The notes below the pieces were generated by a model, which worked only from the letters and a program-made list of their open reading frames with translations, had not been told where the DNA came from and ran no database searches. Of a stretch of 64,000 nt of DNA, positions 13,101-27,156 are shown piece by piece (the stretch's first letter is position 1; each line of letters begins with the position of its first letter). Source of the stretch: the human T2T-CHM13v2.0 reference genome, Homo sapiens; the NCBI RefSeq assembly GCF_009914755.1, contig NC_060937.1. The stretch is one strand, 5' to 3'. The position numbers were made by a program, and so were the translations under genes.

Positions 13101-14506
13101 TAATTACTATTTTAAAAGCCTAGAGAATTCCCAGAAGTCAACAGATATTTTATGAAGGCACAAGAGCAACCTTTATCCTTAAGGAGTTCACATTTTTGTT
13201 CACTGTATCACAAAACTAACACTATTGAAGGCAAGACTTAACAGCCACAGCAGTGTATAAACAAAGTTTCCTGAAAGCGTCAGAATACAGTGATTTATTG
13301 CAGAAGAATAGACTAAGTCATTAAGAAAAGATATTTACTGCGGTAATATTTAAAGCTCTTGGTAAACGATCTCTTTGAGAATTGCACATCTGTCGTTCTG
13401 GCAAAAAAATAGGAGACCTGAAAAAAATATCTCTAAATTGTTTATTTTTTAGCTTAATTAACCAATTGGCTTAAAAGTCCAATTCAATCCATAATGGAGG
13501 GACTGAATTGGATAACATCTGAAGTCCCTTTTGATGCTTTAATTCAAAAAGTATTTCTATTTTTCAAAGTTCTATTTTGACATTTAAAGATGGGTTTAAA
13601 AATCTCATGTATGAAAGAAACAAAGTGCAAATGATAAAGTTAATTTTTGTTATGGATACTATTTTATTTATTGGATATATGTATAGAAGAAAATTATTAA
13701 AATATACCTTTAGTTTGTTTCTGGTGTATCTGAGAAGACAAAATAAACAGTACACATGCAAAAGTGTATAAGACAACACCGGAGTGAGACACGTTAATGT
13801 TCACTGGAATTTTTAAAATTTTGAACCATGAGTCACTAGCTGTGAAGTTTAATCAACAGCAGTTTACACAGTTAATTCGACACCAATTTAAAATACTGCA
13901 TGGTATTCATTTTTCTGCACAGCAAAAGCCATAAATAACCACATAAGTGACTGTTAAGTAACCACATAAATGACTGTTCTCAGTATTATTTTTATATAAC
14001 CAAATAAAACTTTTATCAATTTTCTCCTCTAAATATTGAGTTTTTCAACATCTATAATCGGTGGCAACAATTCCCCTGATAAAGTGTAAGCTCAATCATG
14101 CAGGCACCCCAGAAACTCATGTGCTTTATAACAAGGTTTGGATGGTATTCTCCAGCATTAAGGAACTCTCTTCTTCTGGCTTCTTCTTTCTTCACCACAA
14201 CCTTAAAATGCAGCTTGCTTGTGAATTCCCTCCAGCTGTAGCTCCAGCCCCAGCCCCAGATCCTCTCTGCCTCTTTTCCCTGCTGTCAAAGTGGTAGGAA
14301 CAGTGGCCACCTCACTGTGTTGAGGAAGCAGAAGCAGAATGGACTTGAGCTTGGGTGATGTCAGCTCCATCCTGCAGCTGAACTTCAAGGCCAGGGTCAC
14401 TGGATCCCAAATAATTTAGTCTTCAGCAGCTGAAGCACGTCACCTCCAACAATACCACAGAACCAAATTCCCTGATTTTGGAGAGGGGAGAACAGGTTTT
14501 TACCTC

Positions 14507-14874
14507 TGCATTAGTCTGCTCAGGCTACTATAACCAAATTGCACAGACTGGGTGGCTTAAACAACAGAAATTTCTTTCTCACAGTTCTGGAGGTTGGAAA
14601 GTTCAAGATCAAGGTCCTGCAGGGTTTAAGTTCCAATGAGGGGTCTCTCCCTGGCTTGCCGAGAGCCACCTTCTTGCTGCAGTTCACATATAGCTCTCCT
14701 CTGAGGACATGCAAAAAGAGAGAAAGAGAGCAACTTCTGTCTCTCTTCCTCTTCCTATAAAGCCTCTATTATTTAACTTTCATTACCCCCTAATGGCCCT
14801 ATCTCCAAATACAGTTACTTCGAGGGCTAGGGCTTCAATGTCTGAAGTTTGAAAGACATGCTTCAGTCATAGCA
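14507..14874 (-). mobile_element. MLT1A-type MaLR solo LTR
   Basis: 'tgcattagtctgctcaggctactataac...cttcagtcatagca', with a perfect 5-bp TSD ACCTC at 14502-14506 and 14875-14879. Confidence 0.9.
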
Positions 14875-15414
14875 ACCTCCAAGGCAGGCCTTTGGGTGGC
14901 TTACATTTCAAGGAAAATATATGGTCCTTTTCCTTTTCTGCCATCACTTCTCTGCACACCCCTCCTCACCCAACTCCTACAAACTCTTCTGTGTACCTGA
15001 AACTCCTTGTTTGGAAGCTGCACGTGGTCAAAATAACAAAGCGATGGGAATGAATTGAAGTCCAATTATTGCAGGCTTTGCTAGAGAAGGAAAGAATAAA
15101 GCACAGCTTGGGACAGCTGAACTGAAAGAGATACCATGAGGTCACGAAGGGTACAAAAAGGATAGGCTAGGGGTTTTTAAGACAATTTTCTTGTACTTTA
15201 TTTTGAAGTGCAGGACTCATCTGTTTTCTGTCCAGCTGTGCATAAGCAGTACCCTGGTTTTGGGCATTATGCAGAACTTATTTAACCTAAGGTGCACTCA
15301 GACAGAAACCTCTTTAGAAAGAAATTCCTATTTGTTTTGCCCACACTAAGGTACCCAAATCCTTGATACTAGGCAGGGAGCATCTGGTCCTCATAGAGAG
15401 AGAGAAGAGCATCT

Positions 15415-16068
15415 CCCAAGTGTGCTCTGCAAAGTTGTAATTCCTGTGTGAGAAAGATTTATACAGTACAGGAAAGACAGATGGCCTATAGTATCTGTAT
15501 TTTGGTCATTCATAACAATGTGAGCACAGCAAAGCCACTGAGAATTTATAACATGAGGAGACTTGTAGAACTTTGGTCAACCCAGTGTTTTTCAAACTTA
15601 TTTGACCACATTCCTCCTTTTGTTATCATTGTGATAAACGTTATTCGTGATCACCAATCTCCAGTTCTCTTCCTAGGCTCACAGGAAGAGCACAGTTTCC
15701 ACGCATCTTGCAGCAGGCAGGGCCCCATGACTGGTTCTGCCCAATGCAGCTGTGAGCAGAAGTGACATGAGAGCAGGTGTGAGTTGTCTATGGGCCATAC
15801 CTCCCCTTCCTCAGAGACAGTGGAAGCTGTGAGGGTAGAACATTGACACATTCCAGCCACAGGAACAAAGCAGCCTGGATCACTGAGTCACCCCATAGAG
15901 GACAAGCAACTTGGAGACTGCAGCAAACTTTGCATGAGTGAAAAGTAAGCTCTGTGTGTTAAGCCCCTGAAATTCTGAGGTTGTTTGTTACTGCAGCATA
16001 AGCCTAGACTATTCTCACCGAGTAACACCTTGTAACATCATTACATGGAACCCACTTTGATAATTGCT
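15415..16068. mobile_element. hAT-Charlie MER-type MITE split by an MLT1 LTR
   Basis: 'catctcccaagtgtgctctgc...cccagtgtttttcaaacttatttgaccac' before the LTR and 'catggaacccactttgataattgct' after it. Probably the same family as 46240-46467. Confidence 0.45.
15630..16027 (+). mobile_element. MLT1 (I/J-like) MaLR LTR
   Basis: 'tgtgataaac...ctccagttctcttcct...gggccccatgactggttctgcccaatg...gttaagcccctgaaattctgaggttgtttgttactgcagcataagcctag'. Confidence 0.75.
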
Positions 16069-16106
16069 AATGAAAACCAATGACAGGAGGGGTTCTTTAG
16101 GTCAAA

Positions 16107-16320
16107 CAGCCATCTGCCCACTTTTTCTATAAAGGTCCAGATAGTGAATACTTTTTAGGTCTTATGAGCCATACGGTTTCTGTTGCAACTAATACATTTG
16201 TGGTTGTAATGTGAAAGGCACCATGCAAATAAATGGATGTGACTGAGTCCCAATAAAACTTTAATTACAAAGGCAGAAGTTAGGGCTGTGGGCAAACAGG
16301 CTATAGTTTGCTGACCCTTA
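16107..16320 (+). mobile_element. MER58A (hAT-Charlie)
   Basis: 'ttttctataaaggtccagatagtgaata...ccaataaaactttaattacaaa...tagtttgctgaccctt'. Confidence 0.8.
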
Positions 16321-18187
16321 ATATCAAAGATAGGAGATTGAACACACATTTACTAGAATTAGGTACAACTTTCCCTCTATTTAAATAGCAAAAAAACTAA
16401 AATGATTTACCAGAGATTCTGATACCAATTTCCAGTTTCTTCTTAGTCAGGAATTTTCCTTGGATAATCTTGTTTCGGTGCAGCCATAGGAAAATGTCAG
16501 GGCCCCCATCTGGATCTTTTATTCTATGTTCTGTCCTGTTCATCTTCTGTAAGTTCTACCTTGGTTTGTCTATTTCTCCATTTAGGATTCTTAGTAATCA
16601 AAGGTGCTTTTTTGCCTTTGACTTGGCAAAATATAGGATTATTAAAATATACGTACACATATCTGTATAAGATTTTAGCCCTCTTGAGTGTGTTTCAGAA
16701 ACGTCGACTGCCTGATTTCTTGTTCATGAAAATATTTAACACCATAGCTCCTTTCTTTGTAACCTGAGTGCTCCAGCCTGCATTTCGTGCTTTTGGCATC
16801 TAACTGAATCCATGCTTTCCTCCCAGACTCCTGAGGGAGGGGAGTGCATTTTATACTCACTGACAGTGGAAGACTCCCTTTCTGTTTGAATTTGCAATAA
16901 AATCAGCTTCTTCCTTTGCACAAAACATGGTCATCTAGACACTTCCTGGGAAAGATACCTTTCAGCTGGCAGAAGCTGCGGACCATTTTTGTTCAATTGC
17001 TTTATGACTTGTATCTTGTGACCCGCACTTGCATACAGCTTGGGGAAGACATGGCTATCCATGTGAGCTGCTGTTCGTGGGCTGCAGTGGACAGAGATTT
17101 CATGGGATGGAGATGCATTTGTGGAGATGCAACAGATAGGAATGGAGACAGGTGGTGAAGAATAAAGACAGAAGCCAAGAGTCCTGTGGGAAGGAGTAGT
17201 GAGGGAAGGAAGACAGGTCACTAGAAAGGTCGGCTTGATGGGGAAATATCAAGGCTGATGGTTAAAAAGGTTCAGTTATGAAAGGTTATTTGTTATCAGA
17301 CTGAAATGTTTGGAATTCTTCTAGTCTAGGCAAAGGGAAGAAATGGAATACTGAGCAAGAGAGTGAAGGCATAAACATGAAATTTTAGAAAGTTTAATAT
17401 GGGAGTGGTGTACAGGCTGGATGGGAAGAGAGAGACCAGATGCAAAGAGATCAACTAGCAAGATGTTTGGACTTCTAACGAAAAGAGAATAACTTTCATA
17501 TGTATTTGTAGGAAATGTACCACTACATATTTGTATACAAACCTGGGAGTAATTCTTGAGTTCATCATGGAAAACAATTACATATATATGGTTATGGACC
17601 TTTTTCAGCATTCTCAACTTAGGCTCTTATTTATTTCACTTTATTTCCTTTCACTCACAGACAATTCATTTGCTTTTTCTCAGTTCCACAGCTCCTCCAA
17701 AAGCTTCTGGAAGATTTGCATTATCAATAGTTTCATCGTAAGAATTATAAGAAATATAGACACTTTACCAAGTAGAGACCAAAAAGGATGAAGTCAGAGA
17801 GGTGGAACTTGTCTTTACCCACCAGGACCAGGGCTGGCTGGCACATTCACAAGGTTGAGGAATATACTCCTCTAACATGCTGAGGGATAAAAGCACCCTT
17901 TCAACACACTTGCCCTTTACCCCTCCCTGCTCTGGTTTTCTGCATATACCCTTTTTCCACTTGTGCAGAACAGGCTCCTGTTTTCCGGAGCTTGCCCTTC
18001 CTTTAATTCAACACAAATGGGCTATATTTTCCTTGGAAGTCAACCCCAATATTTACTTGGGGCTAGGAAAGAGTCATCCTTTAATGACTCCCTCTTAGTA
18101 ACTAACTTTTAGGCTAAAACACATGCACAAATATGAAACCTAATTTTTGAGGCTTCTAGAAAGATATGGATAATGAAAAATTATATC

Positions 18188-18473
18188 AACACTGTCCAGT
18201 GGAAATACAATGCAAGCTGCACACATAATTTAAAATGTTCTAGTAACCACATTTTTACAAGTAAAAAGAATCAGGTAAAATTCATTTTAATAACATATTT
18301 CATGTAATGCAAAGTATCAAAAATGTCATTTTTTTGATTATGGAAATATTTTACAATTTTCTTTTCATAGGAAGTCTTCAGAATCCAATGTGTGTTTCAT
18401 ACCTACTGCACAATTCAATCTGGATCAGTTATATTTCAAGTGCTCAACAGCTATCATATTGGCAGAGCAGCTC
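18188..18473 (+). mobile_element. MER33 (hAT-Charlie)
   Basis: 'cactgtccagtggaaatacaatgcaagc...taatttaaaatgttctagtaaccacatt...atttcaagtgctcaacagcta...catattggcagagcag'. Confidence 0.75.
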
Positions 18474-18636
18474 CAAATAGTTCATCAGTGAAATGGATAT
18501 AATAGTATAGAATACCACATAAGATAGATCTCATTGCCCCTATATTACAGATAAGAAAACTGAGGTTCTAAGAGGTTAAATAACTTTTCCAAGATCACAC
18601 ACTGCTGGGCAATTGCTCACTTGAATTTGTAGCCAC

Positions 18637-21456
18637 TATTTATTTATTTTTAACTTTTATTTTAAGTTCAGGGGTACATGTTCAAGATACGCAGGTTTGA
18701 TACATAGGTAAATGTCTGTCATGTTGGTTTGTTGTATAGATTATTTCATTACCCAGGTATTATGCCTAGTATCCATTAGTTATTTGGTATGGTTGACTGC
18801 ATCCCCAACAAATCTCAACTTGAATTGTATCTCCCACAATTCCGACATGTTGTGGGAAGGACCCGGGGGAGGTAATTGAATCATGGGGGCTGGTCTTTCC
18901 CCTGCTATTCTCGTGATAGTGTATAAGTCTCACGAGATGTGATGGGTTTATCAATGGTTTCCACTTTTGCTTCTTCCTCATTTCTTCTTGCTGCCACCAT
19001 GTAAGAAGTACTTTTCACCTCCTGCCATGATTCTAAGGCCTCCCCAGCCATGTGGAACTGTAAGTCTAATTAAACCTCTTTTACTTCCCAGTCTCAAGTA
19101 TATCTTTATCAGCAGCGTAAAAACAAACTAATACAGTAAACGGGTACCAGTAGAGTGGGGTGTTGCTGAAAAGATATCTGAAAATGTGGAAGTGACTTTG
19201 GAACTGGGTAACAGGCACAGGCTGGAATGGTGTGGAGGGCTCAGAAGAAGACAGGAAAATGTGGGAAAGTTTGGAACTTCCTAGAGACTTGTTGAATGGC
19301 TTTGCCCAAAATGCTGAGAGTGATATGGACAATAATGTCTAGGCTGAGGTGGTCTCAGATGGAGATGACGAACTTGTTGGGAACTGGAGTAAATGTGATT
19401 CCTTGTTATGTTTTAGCAAAGAGACTGGCAGCATTTTGCCCCTGCCCCAGGGATTTGTGGAATTTTGAACTTGAGAAAAATGATTTAGGGTATCTGGTGG
19501 AAGAAGTTTCTAAGCAGCAAAGCATTCAAGAGGTGACTTGGGTTCTGTTAAAGGCATTCAGTTTCATAAGGGAAGCAGAGCATAAAAGTTTGGAAAATTT
19601 GCAGCCTGACTATGCGACAGAAAAGAAAAACCCATTTTTCTGGGGAGAAATTCAAGCCAGCTGCAGAAATTTGCATAAGTAGCAAGGAGCCTAATGTGAA
19701 TCCCCAAGACCTTGGGGAAAATGTCTCCAGGCCATGTCAGAGACCTTCACAGCAGTCCCTCCTATCACAAGCCTGGAGGCCCAGGAGGAAAAAGTGGTTT
19801 CGTGGCCCAGGCCCAGGGTCCCTCTGCTGTGTGCAGCCTAAGGACTTGATGCCCTGTGTCCCAACCACTTCAGCCATGGCTGAAAGGGGCCAACATACAG
19901 CTCGGGCTGTGGCTTCAGAGGGTAGAAGCCCCAAGCTTTGGCAGCTTCCACGTGTTGTTGAGCCTATGGGTGCACAGAAGTCAAGAATTGAGGTTTGGGA
20001 ACTTCCACCTAAATGCAGAAGATGTATGGAAATGCCTGGATGCCCAGGCAAAAGTTTGCTGTAGGTGCAGGGCCCTCACGGAGAATCTCCGCTAGGGCAG
20101 TGCGGAAGGGAAATGTGGGGTCGGAGATCCCACACAAAGTCCCTACTGGGGCACTGCTTAGTGGAGCTGTGAGAAGAGGGCCACTGTTCTCCAGACCCCA
20201 GAATGGTAGATCCTCTGACAGCTTGCACTGTGTGCCTGAAAAAGCCACAGACACTCAACAGCAGCCTGTAAAAGCAGCCAGGAGGGAGGCTGTACTCTGC
20301 AAAGCCACAGGGGCAGAACAGCCCAAGACCATGGGAACCCACGTCTTGTATTAATGTGACATGGAGTCAAAGAAGATAGTTTTGGGAGCTTTAAAATTTG
20401 ACTGCCCCACTGGATTTTGGACTTGCTTGGGCCCTATAACCCATTTGTTTTGGCCAATTTCTCCCATTTGGAATGGCTGTATTTACCCAGTACCTGTACC
20501 CCCATTATATCTAGGAAGTAAGTAGCTTGCTTTTGATTTTACAGGCTCATAAGTGAAAAGGACTTGCCTTGTCTCAGACGAGACTTTGGACTGTGAACTT
20601 TTGGGTTAATGCTGAAATGAGGTAAGACTTTGGGGGACTGTTAGGAAGGTTTTGAAATGTGAGGACATGAGATTCGGAGGGGCTAGGGGTGGAAGCATAT
20701 AGTTTGGCTGTGTCCCCACCCAAATCTCAACTTGAACTTTATCTCCCAGAATTCCCATGTGTTGTGGGAGGGACCCAGGGGGAGGTAACTGAATCACGGG
20801 AGCTGGTCTTTCCTGTGCTATTCTCAAGATAGTGAATAAGTCTCATGAGATCTGATGGGTTTATCAGGGATTTCCACTTTTGCTTCTTCCTCATTTTCTC
20901 TTGCCACCACCATGTAAGAAGTGCCTTTCACCTCCCACCATAATTCTGAGGCCTCCCCAGCCATGTGGAACTGTAAGTCCAATGAAACCTCTTTTTCTTC
21001 CCAGTCTTGGGTATGTCTTTATCAGCAGCATGAAAATGAACTAATACATAATTCTCTCCCTCCTCCCACCCTCCACTTTCAATAGGACCCAGTGTATGTT
21101 GTTACCCTCTATGTGTTCATGTATTCTCATCATTTAGCTCCCACGTGTAAGTGAGAACATGTGGTATTTGGTTTTCTGTTCCTGTGTTAGTTTGCTAAGG
21201 ATAACAGCCTCCAGCTCCATCCATGTCCCTGCAAAGGAAATGATGATCTTGTTCTTTTTAATGGCAGTATAATATTCCATGGTTTATATGTATGACATTT
21301 TCTTTATCCACTCTATCACTGATGGACATTTGGATTGATTCCATGTCTTTGCTATTGTGAATAGTGCTGCAATGAACATATGTATGCATGTGTCTTTATA
21401 ATAGAAAAATTTAAATTCCTTTGGGTATATACCCAGTAATGGGATTGCTGGGTCGA
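18637..21456 (-). mobile_element. L1PA (older primate) 3' end, split by THE1A (pieces 18637-18784 and 21049-21456)
   Basis: 'ttttaacttttattttaagttcaggggtacatg...ccattagttatt' continues after the THE1 as 'ctctccctcctcccaccctcc...gggtatatacccagtaatgggattgctgggtcgaa'. Confidence 0.9.
18785..21048 (+). mobile_element. Full-length THE1A MaLR (5' LTR 18785-19135, internal 19136-20694, 3' LTR 20695-21048)
   Basis: Two direct LTRs of about 350 bp flank a 1.56-kb THE1-int starting 'gtaaacgggtaccagtagagtggggtgttgctg'. A polypurine tract precedes the 3' LTR. TSD-like flanks TTATT/TAATT. Confidence 0.95.
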
Positions 21457-22121
21457 ATTTATTTTGATCACGAAACTTTTGCTTTTTCCACCAGAGTGGA
21501 AATGTATCTTCCTGGAAACTTCATTCATTGGAGTTGCTTCTGTTCTCAAGAGTAGCACTACATGCATTTTGTGCCTCAACTATCAGGCTGAGCATCTCCC
21601 ATCTTCACAAGACTTCCCCCACCATATGGTTTATGGTCCCACTATCATCCCCTTGTGTTCCACTGGATATTCTATCCCCGTATGGATTTTGATATCCTAT
21701 AAAAATCCATGATATTCCAGAAGTGGTCAGATCTCTGGGCTCTGCAGTAGTGCCACTATACACTTGACCTGGACAATGCTGCTCTTAATACAACCTGACA
21801 TTGTATTTGCTTTTTTTTTTCTTTAGCAGCTCTGATACTTTATTAGCTCCCAATGAGCTCATCATCAAAACAACCATAAAACTATAACCCCTTCTATATT
21901 TGTACAATGTATGCAGTGTTTTACATTTATCCTTGCTAAACTCATTTTAATGCTTTTTTTTCAGTGCCTAGAATCAGTGCTTAATAACATTTTTGTGATA
22001 TGGATCAATAGTGTTATAAGAGAATATAATAGGATAACTTGACATTGTTAGCACTTAGGCCTGGTTGGAGCCTTTCTACATTTAGGGGAGAAAAAAATTG
22101 TTTTTGAAAAAATGACATAGA

Positions 22122-22420
<299 letters not shown>

Positions 22421-22479
22421 ATGTCATAGAAAGCCTGAAAAATATTTTGAAGAACAAGAAACAACACACAATGGTGGTC

Positions 22480-22866
22480 ATTTGCTTCGTTCACTGATAT
22501 TTCTGTTTCTGCCCCCTTCAGACACCTTAATAGGATCACACAACACTGCTCCCTTGAAATTAGCTTTGGGCATTTGACACACTTAGAACAATGAAATGGG
22601 ATGAGTGGGACAGGTCACTTTTAAGTGAAGGCTCTAAAAAGTAGTGTATGGTTTGCCAGGGCCTCTCTTTGCCTCTGCCACTGGTACAGGGATGGGAATT
22701 GCTCTTCCTACATAAGTTACAGGGGAGGAGAAAAGATGCAGGGATCCTATTTGGCTGTGATAGGCAGAAGAAGCAAACCTTGTTTGTTATAAGCCACTAA
22801 GATTGGGGAGTTGTTACTGCAGTAACAATAATTATAATGTGTTACAATTGTCTAGTCTGATTAATA
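22480..22866 (+). mobile_element. Old MLT1 (J/K-like) LTR
   Basis: 3' part 'gaagcaaaccttgtttgttataagccactaagattggggagttgttactgcagtaac...ctagtctgattaata'. Confidence 0.55.
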
Positions 22867-25066
22867 TAGCAATAAGAAGATTCAGTGAAATTATACATTT
22901 CTGGGAATAATTTATTAAGAAAAGAAAATCCAATTTTGGAGACTGTTATATGTCCTCAGTGCAAAAATATCAGATTCCATTAAAAAAAAAAAAGAAAAGA
23001 AAAAGAACGACTTCCAGCCCAAATCTCTTATCTCTAAATAGATCTGGGAGATACAATGTCAAGGTAGAGAATCTGGCTAATGTGACTAAAGAAATACACT
23101 TCCTCCTTCCTCCTACCCCCTTTCCACCTTAAACTGTATTCCTAGCACTACCACTTTATACTAAAATGCCCATATCATCTTGTTACAGGATGTCTGACCT
23201 CTGTTTTATAATTACTTTATGGTGCATCATTATTTTTCACTGTGTATCATTATCTTCTCACTATAATCAACAGAATCATCCAGCAGATTTATCTATCAGG
23301 AAACAGGGGGGCTAACCTGGGCTGGGTGCTCAGCTTTCTTTTTGGGTTACTTGGTGAGTCCATCATTGTGTAACTTAATGCTAGACTTCCTTCTATCTGA
23401 TTGTGTGTGTGACCATCCGTCTTCATCATCCTTCCTTTTCATGATGGAGTTTGTATGCTTTTCTGGGACTTTTTGGTACCCAATGTTCGTCGCTTATACT
23501 ATAAGAGAAGAATATCTGTACTCTATAGGAAAGTTTTGCTTCAGAGATAAAAACAGAACCCAATATGCAAACAGGAAAAAGTTAGGTTGATCTGAGGGTA
23601 CTCATCTGCCATATGTAATGTCAGATAACAGACAACGCGTATGAAACCGCCAAGAGGAAAATGCCATGAACCAATTTGCTCTGCCAAATTGTTGTTCATG
23701 CACAAAAGTAAATAAAGACAGTCTCTGTCACGTAACTTCATAAGAAAAACTTAACATAATTCATTTGACCTAAAAGTGAACAAAGTTTAGAACCTCCAAG
23801 TGGGAAATAGCAGGTAAACAGTGAATGAGTTAAACCGTGTTAATCTCAATAGTTTTTATAAAAATGGTTACAGGTTATAAAAATGTAAACATGAAAAATT
23901 CTTCTTGAATATGATACATGGTACAAAATGTATTCTTTGCTTCCACACCCCAGATTACGTTAGCTAAGATTTGGGAGTTGCTGGAGTGCAGACAGAATGA
24001 CAAACTATAAATTCCTCCTTGTACACATGGGGAACCCAAAATATGCTATTTCATTCTTAAGTTTTCATAATCAGAAAAGCATAATGAATAAATCGGTGAA
24101 TTTCATTTTATTTTTTGTTTATCAATCGTAAGGTTTGAAACACTGAATTGCTGCTTAACTTGAAACTTAGAAAGTATGTAAAGGAATTCTGATTCAAACC
24201 CAAATTCTTCTGACGTCTGAGTATTTCCCAATCTTATTGATGTCTCCATCTTTGTCTTAGAACTAATTTTCCCTCCTGAATCTTCTAGCTCAAATACATC
24301 CCCACAGAATCAGCCTCACCATGTGCTTTTTTCTTCATTCACTTGAGAAAATTAAGTCTCTGCCTACACGGCCCCACCTCTTCCTTGATTTTCCAGGTGC
24401 CAATCTTCTTCATATCATTTGCATGAACATGTTGTCTACCAATCCTCCAAGAATAAAAGGCACACAGCACCCTGAAAAATTGCCCACTCCTCCCAGGCAC
24501 TTAATCCAGAGGCATAATAAGCAACATTCTACTCACCTGTTTCTACACCTGTTTCTTATTTCTCCCAAGTGGCTCTGATATCTAGCTCTTGATATAATGC
24601 ATCCTTAAAAGGAATCCTTCCAACAGTTAATGGTCCCCACCACATCTCCTCACACTATTAAAAGAAAAAAAACAGAATAATATTAACAGTGAACAGCAGC
24701 AGCCAAAAGAAACCCAGAGCAACACACTGGCAGAATTTTCTACTTGTATTATAGTGTCTATTTGCCTAGACCATTATTTCTCTCAGGCCTAGTGCCTAGA
24801 GGTATGTGCTAATTTGCCAGGCTGCTTTAATATTTAGTGAGGAGCCACAGCCAACCAATAATTTTTAATAGCTTGTCCTCTATTGATTTCAGCCCACACA
24901 TTAAAGCGCCTAATAAAAATTATAGAAAGGTAGGTGACGGGACATAAGGACAAGAGAAAGTTAATAGTTTTGTCCACCTCCATTTGAAGGGAACAAGAGA
25001 ACTATTTCAACTCATATACAGAGTTTGTATAGTTAGACAATTGCTGACCTCACCATCTTTCAGAAA

Positions 25067-25345
25067 TTTTTTTCTTAACAGACAAAGTCTCACTCTATCA
25101 CCCAGGCTAGAGTGCAGTGGTGCAATCACAGATCACCGCAACCTCAAGTTATCCTCCTGCCTCAGCCTGCTAAGAAGGTGGGACTACAGGTGTGTGCAGC
25201 ACCACGCCCAGCTAACTTTAAGATTTTTTGTAGAGATGGGGTCTTGCCATGTTGCCTAGGCTGGTTTCAAACTCCTAAGCTCAAGTGATCCTCCCACCTC
25301 AGCCTCTCACACTGGGATTACAGGCATGATTCACCACACCCTGTC
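25067..25345 (-). mobile_element. AluJ
   Basis: Antisense Alu with 'tgtagagatggggtcttgccatgttgcctaggctgg...gctcaagtgatcctcccacctcagcc'. Confidence 0.9.
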
Positions 25346-26596
25346 TTTTGGCAATATTTTAAAGATTAGCTTACAAAATACACATTCTTTTATTGATATG
25401 GCTGTGTTCTTCAGCAATCTCTGAAATCAGTAATTTCTGATGAGGTGTAGGTGGGTTTGTTTTATAAATTCAAAACCCTTGGGGAGTCAGCAATAAAATG
25501 TTAAAAGAAAAATAAAGTTCCCAACAGGCAAATAACCCTTGAGATGTTGACCCACGCCACCCCTTGACCTCCTGCCCTGGAATAACTGATGTAATAGGGG
25601 ACTGCAACAGATAGAGTAAAAAATGAGGCATCTATTGTAATTCCAGAACCGTATATTAGAAGATCCCTGGCACCTAGGCCTGAGACTTTACAAAAGACGA
25701 GGATCGTCCTTATCCCTGGATGTGACTTGGGGAGAAAGGAAAAAACTGTGTCAGCTAGAATATATCATTTTAGAAGAAAAGCATTTGTTCTAAAGCAGAC
25801 TTTAGTCTTAGCATAGAAAACAAGTACCATCCAAAGAAGTCTTTGGGATTATGGATGTGGCAGCTTGCAAAAAAATAAAAAACATAAAAAACATGAACGT
25901 TAATTAAGTATCTCTTTAAGCCTCAAACTCTTCATGAATTCTGAAATTTATCTTCTAAAGTAATTCAGTCTCTCTTTTCATTCTCACATCTATTTACGTT
26001 AGAATGAAACCTAAAGGGTGATTTCTCTTGGGTGAAATACCAGGAGGCTGAGGGAAACAGAATGATTATGGGCATTTAAACCAGAAGTGTATCAGAAAGG
26101 GGCACTACTCAAAGACAGGTATGTGTCCTCGGTGGTATGGTACCCCATTTGTGCTGAAAGATGTTTTTGAAGAGATCAGGAGTGGTGCAGTGAAAGGATT
26201 TTTTACAACACTGAAGCAGGCTTTAACAGGCTACCATTAAAACCCATATGTTCAGAAAAACATGCGACTCAAGCTTGCTTACTCAGCAACTACACATTGG
26301 TTGAGTCCCTGCAGGTCAAACACAGGGCTGGGCAGCATGAGAGACAAAGGAAAAAAACATAATTTACTTGCCAAATAGGATTACCAGTTAACCATAAAAG
26401 CAAAACACACTCATGAAATAATGTGAGGGAGAAAACAAAGTGACATTTTAGTAGGTCACTGTGCTAGACTCTGAGGATTAAATGGAGGAATGGTCTAGAC
26501 CCCTCTAGCTAAGAGCTTATTTATGACACAACTAGGGTCCAATATAGGAATATCTATTTTGTGTTCAAGTCAGCTGAGGCCTCGACGATGTCACGG

Positions 26597-26713
26597 TAGG
26601 GTGAACGACCCTTCCTCCCCATTTGCAGGGGAACAGGGAGGTTCCTGGGATGAGAGATTTTCAGTGTTAGAACTGGGACAGTCCCAGGAAAACTGAGATA
26701 AGTTTGTCACTCA
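26597..26713. mobile_element. MER81 (hAT-Blackjack)
   Basis: 'tagggtgaacgacc...ttcctgggatgagagattttcagtgttagaactgggacagtcccaggaaaactgagataagtttgtcactc'. MIR sequence follows. Confidence 0.75.
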
Positions 26714-27023
26714 ACGTGGTGAAACAAGCGTAGTTTTGGAGACAGATGGCTCTATGTTTAAATCAAAGTCCTGCTGCCACTGCCTCTGAGACAATGAACA
26801 AGAAATGATTTTAAATTGCTGTTTGTGTCTTTTATTGCTTATCTGAAAAAATAGGTTTCATAGATTATATAGATAGTGTATTCAGGTACCTGGCACATGG
26901 TGGGCACATCGTAATTATAGCATGTGCTACACGCTAAAGCAGTGCTTTAGACAGACATCTCTAAGGATTTCAGAAGAAGGAAATAGCCATTGCAGTTTGG
27001 GATGGACAGGAAAGATTCATAAG

Positions 27024-27156
27024 TAGGATGACATATCATTTATCTTCTAAGCCTGGATACTTTTGAATGAGAAACAGGATACTGTTAATAAGTATGCTGA
27101 GACAACAGGTATAAAAAGTGCCTGCTCTAGGCCAATCAGAGAGTATGGTCAGCAAA
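27024..27156. mobile_element. MER94 (hAT-Blackjack)
   Basis: 'taggatgacatatcatttatcttctaagcctggatacttttgaatgag...gacaacaggtataaa...gtatggtcagc'. Confidence 0.7.

Noticed and set aside
19296-20370. Overlapping ORFs of 80-150 aa
   Set aside because: Frameshifted remnants of the THE1 internal region, not an intact gene.
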